DNA of 64,000 bases from Chrysemys picta bellii (taxonomy: Eukaryota): the NCBI RefSeq assembly GCF_011386835.1, contig NC_088798.1, positions 64,728,001-64,792,000 of the forward strand, read 5' to 3'. Made by a program: the position numbers and the translations under genes. Shown piece by piece: positions 11,412 to 24,169 of this stretch (positions are counted from its first letter, which is position 1; each line of letters opens with the position of its first letter). The notes beneath the pieces were generated by a model. The model worked only from the letters and a program-made list of their open reading frames with translations. It ran no database searches and was not told where the DNA came from.

Positions 11412-13105
11412 GTAAGCAAACAGAAGTAACTGATGCTTGTTAGTCATCAAACATACCTTCTGTACTTGGTAATAGCTAGCATTTTTCCCCTGCCTGTGCT
11501 GAATGCTTTATTCTGAAGTTAAGGATAAAGATAAACTAAAATAATCCTTAAAGTGGTAAAATCTGCCGGAAATTTATGAATGTGCTAAAGGTTATAAGCC
11601 TATTACAAGAGTGGGTGGGTGAGGTACTGTGGCTTGTGATGATACAATGGTTCCTTCCGGCCTTAGTCTATGAATCTGAGTAATGTGTCCATTTTCAAGG
11701 CCTGTTTGAACATCCCATTAGGCCTTATACAACCTACTGTTCTTCATTATAAACCTCTGCAGATTGTTCACTTCTGGGCACTACTGTCTGAGTTGGTGAG
11801 AATTACAGTAGGCTGGCTGAGCATATATACACCTCCAGCCATCCTCCCCAGACCTGTCACCTTGGATGTTGTGAGCATGCTTCTCCCTTTGTGAATCCTC
11901 AAGCCATCCTTCATCCACACATAGATTCACATGGTGACAGACATGCTCTCATTTCAGGTGGTTACTGACCCACTCTGAGCTGGCAACCATACTTGTGATT
12001 ACCTCTGCTTCAGATGCAAGCCCTGACTTCTTGCAGGACAGAGGGGAACAAAAGTGAGCTTAGTTTTGAAAGGAGGCAAGACACAGGAACGTAAATGAGG
12101 AAAGATAGAATGGTGAGGGAAGGAAGACACAAAGCTGGTATTGCACATACAGTGAAGGAAAGTAGACAAAGAAAATAACAAGAATGTATTTGGAGTAAAC
12201 ATTGACTACTTTCACTCAGCCCTGTGCTGAAGCATCCCATTTTCATTCTTAAAAGGAAGAGAAGTGTGGAAGAGGTTTTGCTTGGCTGAGGAAGACAGAA
12301 ATGTGTGGGCATGCTCTTTCTCTTCCTACATCCCAGCTTCCAAAACATTCAGGGAGTAGCTCTGGCTTCTTCACTCCCCTCCCCAATCAGAAATGTTTGT
12401 TTTTCACTTCGAAAATCTAGTCATCTTACTTCATAGGAGTTACCTGCAAGAGCTTCCTTCTGAACCTGCAGAACTGCCTTTAAAAGCACTACCTGTAGTT
12501 TATATAAAGGGACTGCACCCCCCAACTGTCTGTTCCTTCTTGGTCGCTGCAGAGAGATAATGGAACTCCTCCTGTCATGTCTTCAGGCTTAGACATTTTC
12601 TTAGCCTAGCTTAAGATTTATTGTAAATCACTAATAGCTTGCTCCCATGTCCCTGGAGTCCACCGTCCCTTACCAGGACTCTTAGGCCCTGAGGCTTGCA
12701 GAGACTTCAAGAGGTGTTTCTCTTGCTTGCAGTCAGCCCTGAAAGGGATGCCCATGTTTTGTGCTTCCCGTATCTTGTTGAACCCATTTTTTAACCAGAT
12801 TTGTGGTTTGCTGTGCCTTTATTCCCTGGGTTAGGGGCGGGAGGGGGGGAGAGAAGAGATCTGAGGTTCTAGACTCCTCTGGCTTCAGTGCCTACAACCT
12901 GATACTCCAGTGAGCTCATTGACAATATCAGTGTCCTTTTAACTCCGATTTACAGTAACTAGGACAAACTAAAATTGAAGTTTATTTTTACTTTGTCAGA
13001 CTCTTTGCATATAATGCAAACCCTAGACCTTGAGATGTATTTTCACTGTTCATAAGGCATGTAACTTTCTATTGTTGCAACAATATTTTCTTTCATTTTA
13101 AACAG

Positions 13106-13171
13106 ATTATCCATTGGATTACAATACAGGGGAAGAAAAATCTTCAAAAAATCTCCTTGGTTCTGCTACTA
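13106..13171 (+). CDS. SUCO: SUCO exon: (D)YPLDYNTGEEKSSKNLLGSAT
   Basis: aacag| and |gtgagt; 66 nt; phase 1-1. Confidence 0.95.
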
Positions 13172-15209
13172 GTGAGTATAATTGCATGTTTCTCAGAACA
13201 CTTTCATAATGCTGTCTAGTAATAAAATGTTTTTTTATATGTGAAAGTGAGATTCCACTTTATTGTGACACATTTATTTAATTGAATAATGGGAAAAATC
13301 GTGCTTTTGTAATTCAGATTTAGGGCAAAATTTTCAAACTCCTAAATGCCTTAGGAGCAGACTGAGATGAAGTGCCTAAGTCTCTTTTTTGTAAATAAGA
13401 CTTAAACTCCTAAAATACTTAAAGCATTTTTGAAAATTTTACTCAGTCCTTTTCTCTTAGCATCAGAGCAATAAGCATGTTAACTTAAATAAATGAAAAG
13501 TTGAATGTGACTTTTTTTTTTTAAAGTCTTAATTGTTTTGTTAACAGTGCAGTAGAACCTTGATTATTAAAGAGGATAGAGTTGCCTGAGCACCTGGCTA
13601 AAGGGAAAGGATAGAGAACCACTATATGTCTCTGAGCCTAAGTCTTTATGTGCATAGCATAGCTTCTTTATCCGTTCTTAAACCAGTCTGCTTTTGAGGG
13701 AGCTGATGGCTCAGGCACTTCTCACATTCTTCCTCTTTAACCAGTTTCATTTAATCTGGGTGACTGTACCTAATCTTCTGAAAATAAGTGAGTTTTAGTG
13801 AACTAAGGTGACTAGTCATGGCACTACTTCAGTTTTAATGGGAGTTCTCAACTTCAACTGCATTATTTTAAGATAATAGCACCAGTCATCCAACGCTTCT
13901 AGAATAATTGTTGCCTCATTGAGCTTGTTCCTGTCTATCAAGGTTAGTGATCTAGCTTCTGCATGCACAATGAATATTACTTCTGCATAGTGCTCAAACA
14001 GGTTAGTAATCTTGTATCTGCATGGGCAAGCATTTTTTTTTAATCCCACACTGTACAAGTTTGTAATGCTTGCTTTCATTTTTTCCTAGAATGTAGCTGT
14101 GGCTTAAGTATGAAAAGGTCATGGCCAGGAATGTTGCACAGTATCTTAGTGGGAAGGAATAAATTCCCAAACAAACAGCAGTCTATTAATAAATGTAAAA
14201 GTGCCAAATAATGTTGGGCTTGCAACTCAAAAAGCAGCATGTTAGTTTTCCCAATGCTGCCCCGTTTATCCTTTTACCAGTCGTTAGTCTTGAGCTTCCC
14301 ATACCCACAATAGTGTTGATAAACTACTTTAAAATATAATGCTATATATGCAAATACAGGTGTATGTAACTTAATACGACTACAACTTTGATGGTCTGAG
14401 AAGTGCAGTGACTTTCTTTAATGGATGTCAAATATGTTTTTAGAGTGTGTTTAGTATGCCAAAGTCTGTTTAGAAACCAGTGACTATATAACCATTAAGT
14501 ACTCAGTAACTCTTACATAGTATTGGCTAGTAGTCTGTTTTTGAGACTGTCATTTGAGACTGTCATTTTGAGACTGCCAGTACTCTGGGATAATCTGCAT
14601 TCCTTTTTTTGAAAACTTTGTGAGGCTTGTGCTTGGGCAAATGTAAGAGTGACAAAAGCGGCCTCCATTTAGTCAGTCTAGTACAATGCCATCTCTAATC
14701 TCAAGTAGTGAGGCTAATATCTATGTAACAGTAGAACCCCTAGTTATATGAATGGTAAGGAGGGAAGCATCAGAAATCTGATTAGGGATTTGGATGATCA
14801 TAAGAGCTGTCTTGCAGTCTCTCTGGCCATATTGAGCAGGGCAGGTAGCTCTTGTGCCCTCACTCCTTCTGTTCTCATCATCTGGAAGACTCACAGAGCA
14901 ACTTCAGTTGTCTCTTTCCTCTGTTTTACATGCCGCAAGGAATCTGGTTCAGATTTCAGATCTGAGCTGACCTATGTTGGTTATGATCTCTTATAAGGCA
15001 TTTAGCAACTACAGTGGTAAGCATGGAATAAAAACTTTAATGAACAGATAAAATTCATGGTGTTCAGGAGGGTAGCTCTCTTGAGCTTTTTAGACTGCAA
15101 AAGCACTAGTCTAATCAATCTTACCAAAACCCAAATACTTTTCAGTAATTCTGGTTCTTTAAAGATCGCTTGATAGGATGGGTAGGCAATCAGAGTAAGA
15201 AATAAAAAT

Positions 15210-15210
<1 letters not shown>

Positions 15211-15254
<44 letters not shown>
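15211..15254. repeat. Poly(T) tract, 44 nt
   Basis: Direct reading. Confidence 0.95.
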
Positions 15255-15255
<1 letters not shown>

Positions 15256-16119
15256 GTTCTAGCCTACTTGGGTCATTTATTTGCCTTTACCTCAGGGATC
15301 TCTTTCCTTCTATCTCATTGAGGAGCTGAAAATGTTCTAGAGGACATAGAGGCACTGACTGTTGAGCTTAATCTACCATTGACTCGGAGGACTGAATTTT
15401 TATGAGTGCTAGAGGGATTTCCACCTGGAAGCACAAGATTCAAGAGTAGAAAACCAATTCAATACTAATAATATCGCAAAAACTCTTACCTGGAATTCTG
15501 CTTCGCTGAACTTTTCTGCAGTCTGTAGTAGATCTCTTATCCATTGTGGACCTGTATTGAATCAATAGATACAAAAAGATCAATAACCTTCCACCAGCTT
15601 TGATAGTTGCTTTCATGGAAAAAGTGAAGAACAATGTTTCTCAGCTCAGATGGAAGAGGAACATTTTGCCTCAATTGTAGTAGGATCTTTACTGCCATCA
15701 CCATGTTATTTAGGAAATATGTTAGCAGCATGTTGTTTAGGAAACATTTTAATTGCCTTTTCTGCCAACATATATTCTTGAAATAAAACATATATATTTA
15801 CAACTTCCTATTTTAAATATGGTTGGAAGCCAGGATAAACCTTTTAATTGAGAGCCCCACTGGTAAAGATTTGGCATAATTTTGCAAAATAACCTAGAAA
15901 CCTATATTTGAAATTATGTCAAGCAGAAAACCCAACCATTTTTTTTTAATGATGAGACAAATAAGGTGGGAGTAGGAGGGGATAGATGACTTGTTTGGAC
16001 TGGAAAAACAAATTGATGGATCCAAAGTTAGTCTATGCAGATGGATGGGTAGATAATAGTACAAATTTCTGTGAGGATTTCTGGTCATGTCCTCTCTGAT
16101 CAGTCATGTTTTTGTTCAG

Positions 16120-16194
16120 ATGCCATTCTAAATATGGTGAATATTGCTGCTAATATACTTGGAGCAAAAACAGAAGAGATTTCTGAAGCTGAAG
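16120..16194 (+). CDS. SUCO: SUCO exon: (N)AILNMVNIAANILGAKTEEISEAE
   Basis: gttcag| and |gtaaat; 75 nt; phase 1-1. Confidence 0.95.
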
Positions 16195-16325
16195 GTAAAT
16201 GTTATTTCCTTAGATGCATAATTTGTTAATTTATTAAAAGATGCAGGATTTTAAACATGTTATAGATTCCTTGTTTCCCACCTTCATTCCTCCTAAGGAC
16301 TTTGGGTGATCTGAGTGCAGAGTAG

Positions 16326-19300
16326 TTCAAGAGTGGAATGCACACGTGCAATCACTTGGAGTGCATGTGCCCTATGCACAGTCATCGGAAACTCTTCCCT
16401 CAGTGGTATCAGTCAAGGTGGCTTGAGCACCCCTTCCATCGCATGCTGGTATAAAGGGCCCAGCTATCTCAGAGACCCCTCACTTCCTTCTTACTGCCCC
16501 TGATGGTTGTTAGAATTGCTTGGCTGCCCTAGCAAATGCTCTGTGTGCTCATTGTAAATTCATTGTACAGTAAATAATTTTCTAGATTTTATAGTTGATC
16601 AGTCCTTCGTAGCGTGGATACGACTAGTTACCTTCAGTTCCCAGTTTTGGGGTTTCCATTTCTCAGTACTAAGGATGCCTCGGTCACCCGGGTTCAAACC
16701 TTGTATCTTTTGGGCTAGAGCTTAGCCGTCCTGAATCGGCACTGAGTGCTTCGGTGTCAGTTAGGAGTGCACTTCCTATCGTGCCCAAGACCTGGCACTG
16801 CTCACCCTCCCCAGTACCTAAAAAGAGGCATAAGACCACTAGACAGACCACAGAGAGGAAGATGGCCAGCACCAAATCTTCTAAGTATAGGAAGTAGAGT
16901 ACAGCTGAAACCTAAGCACTCCCCTGCTCTGGTACGACTGAAACTGGCATCATTGACTCTGGCACCAAGGCAGGTACCATTGAGTCCAGGACCAAAAGGG
17001 CCCCTTCTATGTCTGCAGTACCACACAATGACCTAAGACAATCTTGGTATTGATCAGGCCAGAGGTGGTTGTGGCAGCGAGAGATCTGCTGAGCCTATTG
17101 ATACCATTATCCACGGCAGTACAGGAGATAGCGCTCCTGGTACTGGCAGATGGTGGGGTGCCAGTGTCATTGGTGCATTACTTGGTACTGCAACAACCTC
17201 CTGTGCCTCAGACTTCCTACCCGTCTGTATTGTCGAAGGGGAAGCCTGCAATGTTGACTTCTCTACATTCTTTGCCAACTCCGCACTGGTCTCAGACACC
17301 ATCACGGGCAGCACCCCTCTTGGTCGGCGGAGGGTGATTCGCTGTCCTCTGAATGAGAGACTGGTTCCTACTTTTCCTAATCTTGGAACCACTCACTCTA
17401 TTCCCCACATAGGTGTTACTCCCCTGGGTTGCCTTTGAGATCCTCTGGGTGGAATGGGATTGGGCATCTGGCCAAGGAGTCACTGAGACCCACTACCAGC
17501 TTAGTGGTCCTTTCGGAACCTGTGGGGATTTTTCCCAGTTTCTATGTCCTACACAAGTTGTTCCTTCTCTGTGTACTTGGAGATGCATGGGGAGTCTGCT
17601 TGCCAGGAGCTGCCTAGTCCTCAGTCTGGTATTAGGCCTAGTACCTGGAAAGGCAGAGGCAGTTCACAAGGAGCTGTGGGCTTCTGTGGGTTTTGCAACT
17701 CAGGATTGCCAACCAACAATCTCTTTTGGAACATTATGATTTTAACATTTGAGACTTCTTGTTAAAGGTTAAGGACATGTTGCTGGCGGATGCTAGACAG
17801 ATGTTCTCTTTAGTTGATGAGGGGCAATCCATACTGAAGTTTGCTACAGGCTGAACTAGATGTTACAAACTTGGCTGCTAAGTTTTTTTGCAGTTTCCAT
17901 GCACAGGAGCTCTTGCCTGCAGTCCTTGGGGTTTCTGTGTGAGGTCCGACAAACAATTCAAGACATGTCCTTTGAAGGGTCCTCACTTTTTTGGAACAGA
18001 CAGACTTTAAGCTCCATCAGTGGAAAGATTCTGGAATTATTTTTAAAGTTTTTGGGATTGTATGCTCCTGTCCCACCCAGGAAACTTTCTCCCGCAGCAG
18101 ACCCACCATTACGCTGCTGCTCATCAGGACCTGCAAAGAGTGAAAAGTAGAGGTTATAGACACAAGCCGCTATGTCCTTTGGCTTCTACATCAATGCTTG
18201 CTCCATCTAGACCAGGGATGGGCAAACTTTTTGGGCCGAGGGCCACATCTGGGTGAAGAAATTATATGCAGGGCTGGGGCAGGGGGTTGGGGTGTGGAGT
18301 GTGGGAGGGGGTGTGGTGTGCAGGAAGGGGCTCAGGGCAAGGGATTGGGGCAGAGGAAGGGTGCAGGTTGTATGAGGGGGTTCAGGGAAGGGGGTTGGGG
18401 TGCAGAGTGCAGGGGGGCTCAGGGCAGGGGTGCAGGAGGGATGCAGACTGGGAGGGGGCTCAGGGCAGGGGATTGGGGTGCAGGAGGGGTGCGGCAGGGG
18501 GTTGGGATGCACGGTGCAGCAGGGAGCTCAGGGCAGGGGTTGGGGTGCAGGAGGGGTGCGAGGTGCAGGCAGGGAGCTTAGGGCAGGGAGTTGGGGGGGC
18601 AGGGTGCAGGAGGGGTTTGGGCTCTGGCCCGGCGCCGCTTACCTAAAGCGGCTCTGGAGTGGCAGCGGTCCGCACCAGGGCCAAGGCAGGCTCTCTGCAC
18701 GCCTGCCCTGTCCCAGCCCCGTGCCACTCCTGGAAGCGCTGTGTCCCCTGGGGGCGGAGGTCTCCGTGTGTGGTGCCGTTGCCGTGCCTCCAGGTATCTC
18801 CCCTGAAGCTCCCATTGGCAGCAGTTCCCCGTTCCCGGCCAATGGGAGCTGCGGGGTGGGGGAGGGAAAGGGGGGCAGTGCCCAGAGGCAAGGGCAATGC
18901 CCTCTGCCCTCCTGCCCGGGGGCCGCTTCTGAGAGCAGTGCAGGGGCCAATCCCGCAGGCTGGATCCAAAGCCCTGAGGGACTGGATCCGGCCTGTGGGC
19001 TGTAGTTTGCCAACCCCTGATCTAGACACCCAGGGGTTGCTAAACCGGCATTTTGATGGGTGGCTCAAGGACGCCATACCAGTTTACAACTTTAGTGCTT
19101 GGTTCCTGCCTACTTCAGACCAATGGGTCCTAAGTTCTGTGCAATTTGTTTCTATCCCTCCTCCCCCCCCCCCCCTTCAGGGACCACTCTCTCAAGGGTT
19201 TCCTCATCCAGTAGGTTGTCTCCTTTGGGTGGGAGCCACAGAGGAGGGGCTGCAGTGTCTCAGGGGAAAGGAGTTCTATTCCTGTTTGTTTCTAATCCTG

Positions 19301-19630
19301 AAAGCCAAGGGAGGTCTAATTTTAGACCTGCACCCCAATTCAACAGATATCGCAAAAAGCTACAGCTTTTACATGGCCACCCTGGCTTCGGTTATTCCCT
19401 CCCTGGATCCTGCTATGCAGCCCTTGACTTAAGAAGCCTACTCTCATATGGCAATTTATTGAGATCACAGAAAATATCTGATTCATAATGAAGCACTCTC
19501 GTTACCAGTTCACCATGTGGGTACCGCTGAGGGAAAATTTTCGAATTACTCTGTACAGCCTGTACACACACCAAGAATGGAATGAACATGTGCAACACAT
19601 TTTGAACAACAGTTACTGTGTTTTCTCTCC
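16326..19630 (+). mobile_element. Degenerate DIRS tyrosine-recombinase retrotransposon in a SUCO intron, interrupted by a hAT element; recombinase region deleted
   Basis: Left ITR with TATAAA 16450-16455; gag-like start MPRSPGFKPC at 16675; RT remnant KAKGGL(R)ILDL...MATLASVIPSLDP at ~19300-19420; right ITR ...gaacaacagttac ~19500-19616. Confidence 0.78.
18213..19019. mobile_element. hAT (Charlie-type) non-autonomous element, 807 bp, with G-rich internal tandem repeats
   Basis: TIRs cagggatgggcaaact / agtttgccaacccctg (14 of 16 match); perfect 8-bp TSD ATCTAGAC at 18205-18212 and 19020-19027 (NTCTAGAN target). Confidence 0.92.
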
Positions 19631-20175
19631 TTTTCTGTGATTTCTTTCCCCATAGTGCTGCCACCATAAACACTGACTAGGGAAAAGATGCTACTGTGAT
19701 TTCTGTGGCTATTCTTGATAGATTAAATAGCATGGGGTTCTGCATACCAGTCCAGATATCTTTGTTCTTTGTGTCAAAATCTGCCTGATGTGGTCTTTAG
19801 CCTGTAGCTTTCCACAACCTTAGTTATAGAGACTAAAAAATCTTTCTTCTCCCCTCCTTCTCCATAGAAATACTTCAGCATATCTTTCATATGCAAAACC
19901 ACATCAACAGGTGTCCAGTTCATCTAAATGTAAACCTAGAGAATCGGTATCTTGTTTATTTAGTGTAGTTTGTTTGTTTGATGCTACTAAACAAATGTTT
20001 CTAGGGAAAATAAATATGCCTGGTTAACTAGAATTCAGTTTTTTGAGCATACTGTATTAGTTTCCTGTTTTCTCATCCATTTTTATGCTTCCTTCCTGTT
20101 GACTTTTGTGGTATTCATGCAGCTCTCAGGAAGCTTATTATACTAATTTGGTTGTGGTTCCATATACTTTAATAG

Positions 20176-20272
20176 GAAATAACAGTATGTCTGAAAATAC
20201 CACTGTTGCTGCCACTGCCACTTCAACAGATGCACCAAAACTACCTGAACCAACCCTTCTTCCTTCACCAGA
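20176..20272 (+). CDS. SUCO: SUCO exon: (G)NNSMSENTTVAATATSTDAPKLPEPTLLPSP(E)
   Basis: aatag| and |gtaagt; 97 nt; phase 1 to 2 links both neighbours. Confidence 0.9.
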
Positions 20273-21595
20273 GTAAGTGATTTTGTGTGTTAAATTTAGT
20301 TCTAATGAGGTAGAGCTTGGCCATGACTAGAAATCTTCTGCATCAGACTGTTAGACTTAGGCCCTTGTTTATACTAGAAAACCCTAATGTAGAGACACTT
20401 GCATTGTTTGAAACCTTGCCTATACAGGTACTTGGGCTTGACTTTAACATACTTGAGGTTCAGGTCTCTCATATTTGTTGATAGTTTTCAGAATGTAGTT
20501 ACTGTGTATTGCAATAGTCTTCACTGCATGAAAGTATATGTGTAAAGTGATTTTTCCAGGAAAAGCTAAATTCTTGCTTGACTCAATGAAACCATTGTAT
20601 TGTACCTTTTTTTTTTTAAACAGGAAGTCAAAGGTTCTGGGTCAAACTGTTTTTTGTGACCCCTGAAACAGTTGAACAAAACCATAGGCTGTAATTGGAT
20701 TGTTTTACAAACAATGGACAATATTCTTAGGAAACATACAATTTCTAAAAATTCAGCCCAGAGAGTAGACGATACATTAGACTAATTCACTTTCTTTTTT
20801 TCTGGGCCCTGGGTTCATATCTTAGCTTATCACAAGTGAATTGCAGTCCATACATCTGTGTCATGTTGGCTATTGTTGCAAAGAAACTTGTACATTTTGA
20901 AGGCTCGGAAGGCCATTGTTGAGGAGTTTTAGTTTTGAATATTAAGGAATTTAATACTTGCTTGGCATATTGACACTTCAGATCAGACTCCAGACAACTT
21001 ATTCTTTCTCCATTAATTACAACAATGTGGAATGGAGGTCTGCTTTGGAACCAAGCCTGGAATTCTTCTCCTCCTCTTTCTTCCCAGCCCTTAGTCAAGT
21101 TTCTCTGGATCTGATTTCTGCTCTGCCTTATTGTTGCAGGCTACCTCTACTCAGTCCCATGTAGAACTGGCTCTAATAGGGAAGACGAGGTTCTGTAGGT
21201 TCTGTGCAATTGATATGCTGTCCTATGGGTCTCCGGTTTGAGGAACCAACCTAGAAAATAGTATCCTGATACATGAAAATAAATTTAGTGATCTCCAAAT
21301 TGACATTTGTCCATGGTACAAAGCCACTATGTGATTTGGCACAGTTTTCAATTTTTGTTCAAGAGAAGCCTATGTCTAGAATAGTCAGGGATATTAAACC
21401 AAGTAGGATTGAGATGTATTGCAGAGATAAATAAGTGATTTATTTAATTGTACTGGCTCCTGCTTATACTATTTCTGACATTTATTAACTGATATTAATC
21501 TTTCCTGAGCATCACTTTCATGCATTCATTTTTTTACAACTACCACCATATCCTACAAAGCTATATCCTGTGCTTATTTTAACTTCTGTTTGTAG

Positions 21596-22771
21596 GCTTG
21601 TAACTACAGAGATACCACAAGAAGATAAGGAACAATTAGTCCTGGAATTAACAAAGGAGAGCCCCATTGTTCAGCTAGTTCAAGAGTATGAAGAGGAGGC
21701 AAGTCAGTCAACGGTGACCCTGCTGCCTAGTGATGAACAAGAGGAAGAAATATCAACATGGTTTGAATCTGAGACAGAAATCTATTGCTGTGAGCTGGTG
21801 ACAGTTTGTTGTATTTCTAGCTTTTCAGAATATCTCTATAAGTGGTGTTCAGCTGCAGAAGCTGTTCATCGACAACGTAGCAAAACTTCTGAGAGCAAGC
21901 CAGGGGATTACTCTGTTACCATTCAGCATTCACAGCCAGTTCCAACAGAATCTTTACATGTTTCAATAGACGAGCCTCTGCCTGAGAAACTAGACAGTGA
22001 AATTACAGGGAGAGTACCTGGATCTACTATTGCAAGTGACTTAAGCAGTGTACTCCATGAGGATATCACTAACCAGACTATAGATTCTATTGAATTGGAA
22101 CCCAGTCATCCTCAGACTGTCTCTCAATCTCTCCCCTTAGAAGTTACTTCTGAAATTAAGCCATTATCTACAATGGAGGTCTCCTTGGAGCCTACAAAAC
22201 ATGAGGCAGCACAGTTAACTTCTCACATAATTCCCCAAGAGGATACTGTTGAGATACATACTGAAGCAGAAAAGAAAGCTGAGAGTTCTGTTTCTGAGAA
22301 ACATTCTGTGGTCTCTGGAACAAACATTGTTAGTGAATTCAAGGAGATCAGCACAAGAGAGACAGATTCTGTCCAAATCCTCTCAAAACCTACAGAGACT
22401 GTACCACAGCCTGAATACACAATGGCTACAGTAGGCAATGATGTTGGGGAAGCAAAAGTGAGTGCTTCAGAAATGCAGAAGCAAGTACTGTCTCCTGTGG
22501 TAGAATCTTCTGCATCAACAGAAATAAAATATGATGAGCAAACAACTGAAGAAGCTTTTCTAGCTATTCCTGTTTCTGGTGGACAGCAGAGAATGGCTAC
22601 AGACTTCTATGCTGAATTGCAGAATTCCACAGATCTAGGTTATACTAATGGAAATCTTGTTCATGGATCTAATCAAAAGGAGTCTGTATTTATGAGACTT
22701 AATAATCGTATTAAAGCCCTGGAAGTAAACATGTCTCTCAGCAGCCGCTATTTAGAAGAACTTAGTCAAAG
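21596..22771 (+). CDS. SUCO: SUCO large exon (1176 nt), S/T/E-rich region through conserved GSNQKESVFMRLNNRIKALEVNMSLSSRYLEELSQR coiled coil
   Basis: tgtag| and |gtaaga; lies inside the 401-aa ORF 21570-22775; phase 2-2. Confidence 0.97.
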
Positions 22772-23505
22772 GTAAGACTCCTAATAAATTATGAAAATCT
22801 ACCTTTATCATGTCTAAAATGTGTTTAACACGACACAGCCGATGATTAGAAAAATCTGTAGGCAACATGCTAACATGTATTTGAGTATCTGATTAGCAAT
22901 GTAAAGTCTTTTTTCAGACAATTGAGAAATAACTGACCATTGATAGAAGCTGCCAAAAGTTTAGATTTCTGTATCTGAATTTTTCCCTATGTATTTCAAG
23001 CTGCCACTGAATTTTATATTCTACTGCAGAATATACAGTGCTCCGTTTTTAAGGAGTTTATGTATTGCCTGGGGATGTGCACTAATCCTTCTGCAAGCCT
23101 TCCAGAGTAGGATCTGATCCTGCTGCCTCTTCAGTCAGTTGCAGAAGCATCCAGGCCTATAGTAATTTCCCTTACTAAGTGCGACAGTTTGGTGGCTTGT
23201 AATTCCTTTTTGGTTAATACAATAATGTTAAATTCCTGTGTTTTTGTTTTAAAAAGAGATGGATAGGGAGGGGAACACAACCTGCAGATTTTAATGAAGT
23301 TAGTATAACTATTCAATAGTAGTTATTTTTGATGCATGTATGGCAGTAAAGGTTGGTTAATCTTCTTGTCGGACACTAATTACAGAATCCTTTCTTAGTA
23401 AAGGCTATAGTTGTAAATGTTTGCATTTCTCCTTTTTGCTGCTGCCTCAACACTAAAAGTTTTTTGCAGTGCATTCACCCTAATGTATGAAGGGTGAATG
23501 CACTG

Positions 23506-23690
23506 GGGAGCAGGCTCAGTGGTTTGAGCATTGGGCTGCTAAACCCAGTTCAATCCTTGAGGGGGCCACTTAGGGATCTGGGGCAAAATCAGTACTTGGT
23601 CCTGCTAGTGAAGACAGGGGGCTGGACTCAATGACCTTTCAGGGTCCCTTCCTGTTCTATGAGATAGGTATATCTCCATATATTATATTA
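23506..23690 (+). mobile_element. Tortoise-type tRNA-derived SINE with CR1-derived 3' tail
   Basis: ggctcagtggtttgagc A-box and gttcaatcc B-box; CR1-like tail gctggactcaatgacctttcagggtcccttcc; (TATTA)n end; candidate TSD TAATGTA. Confidence 0.82.
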
Positions 23691-24081
23691 TAATGTAGCT
23701 CCCATAACCATGCTTACTGACGCCAATCTTCTGCTTAGTGTTGCTTCCTGTGAGTCACTATTAATCAGCACCAACAGTAAGTAGCAGAAGCACCTTCCCA
23801 CTCCAAACATTTCTGGCATACAGCCCATTGCTAACTCTTTTAATATTAAAATAGGCTTTAATTTGGCTCCTAAAAAAAGTGTTATCTGAGAATTAAACGA
23901 ATAAAGACAGGAAAACAGCAAAGTTGTTCCAGACGGTGGGAAACTTCAAAGGAGAGGGGTTTTCTCCCTATAACTGGTGAGAGGGCAGAGAGAAAATTAG
24001 TACTAGATGAATGGAGGAAGGTGCTGTGGTGACAGTCTGTGAAATTGTAGTCTTTAATATGGAACCCAATTCATTTTATAG

Positions 24082-24169
24082 GTACCGAAAGCAAATGGAA
24101 GAAATGCAGAAGGCTTTCAATAAGACTATAGTAAAGCTTCAGAACACTTCAAGAATAGCAGAAGAGCAG
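24082..24169 (+). CDS. SUCO: SUCO exon: (R)[29 protein letters not shown]
   Basis: ttatag| and |gtacga; 88 nt. Confidence 0.96.

Noticed and set aside
14541-14576. About 2.7 copies of TTGAGACTGTCAT
   Set aside because: Ordinary slippage duplication with no further structure
18198-19077. Many overlapping Gly/Pro-rich ORFs of 100-257 aa
   Set aside because: Artefacts of the G-rich tandem repeat in the hAT element and of DIRS remnants
21570-21595. ORF-track N-terminus MLILTSVCR
   Set aside because: Intronic read-through upstream of the true acceptor at 21595; not a start codon
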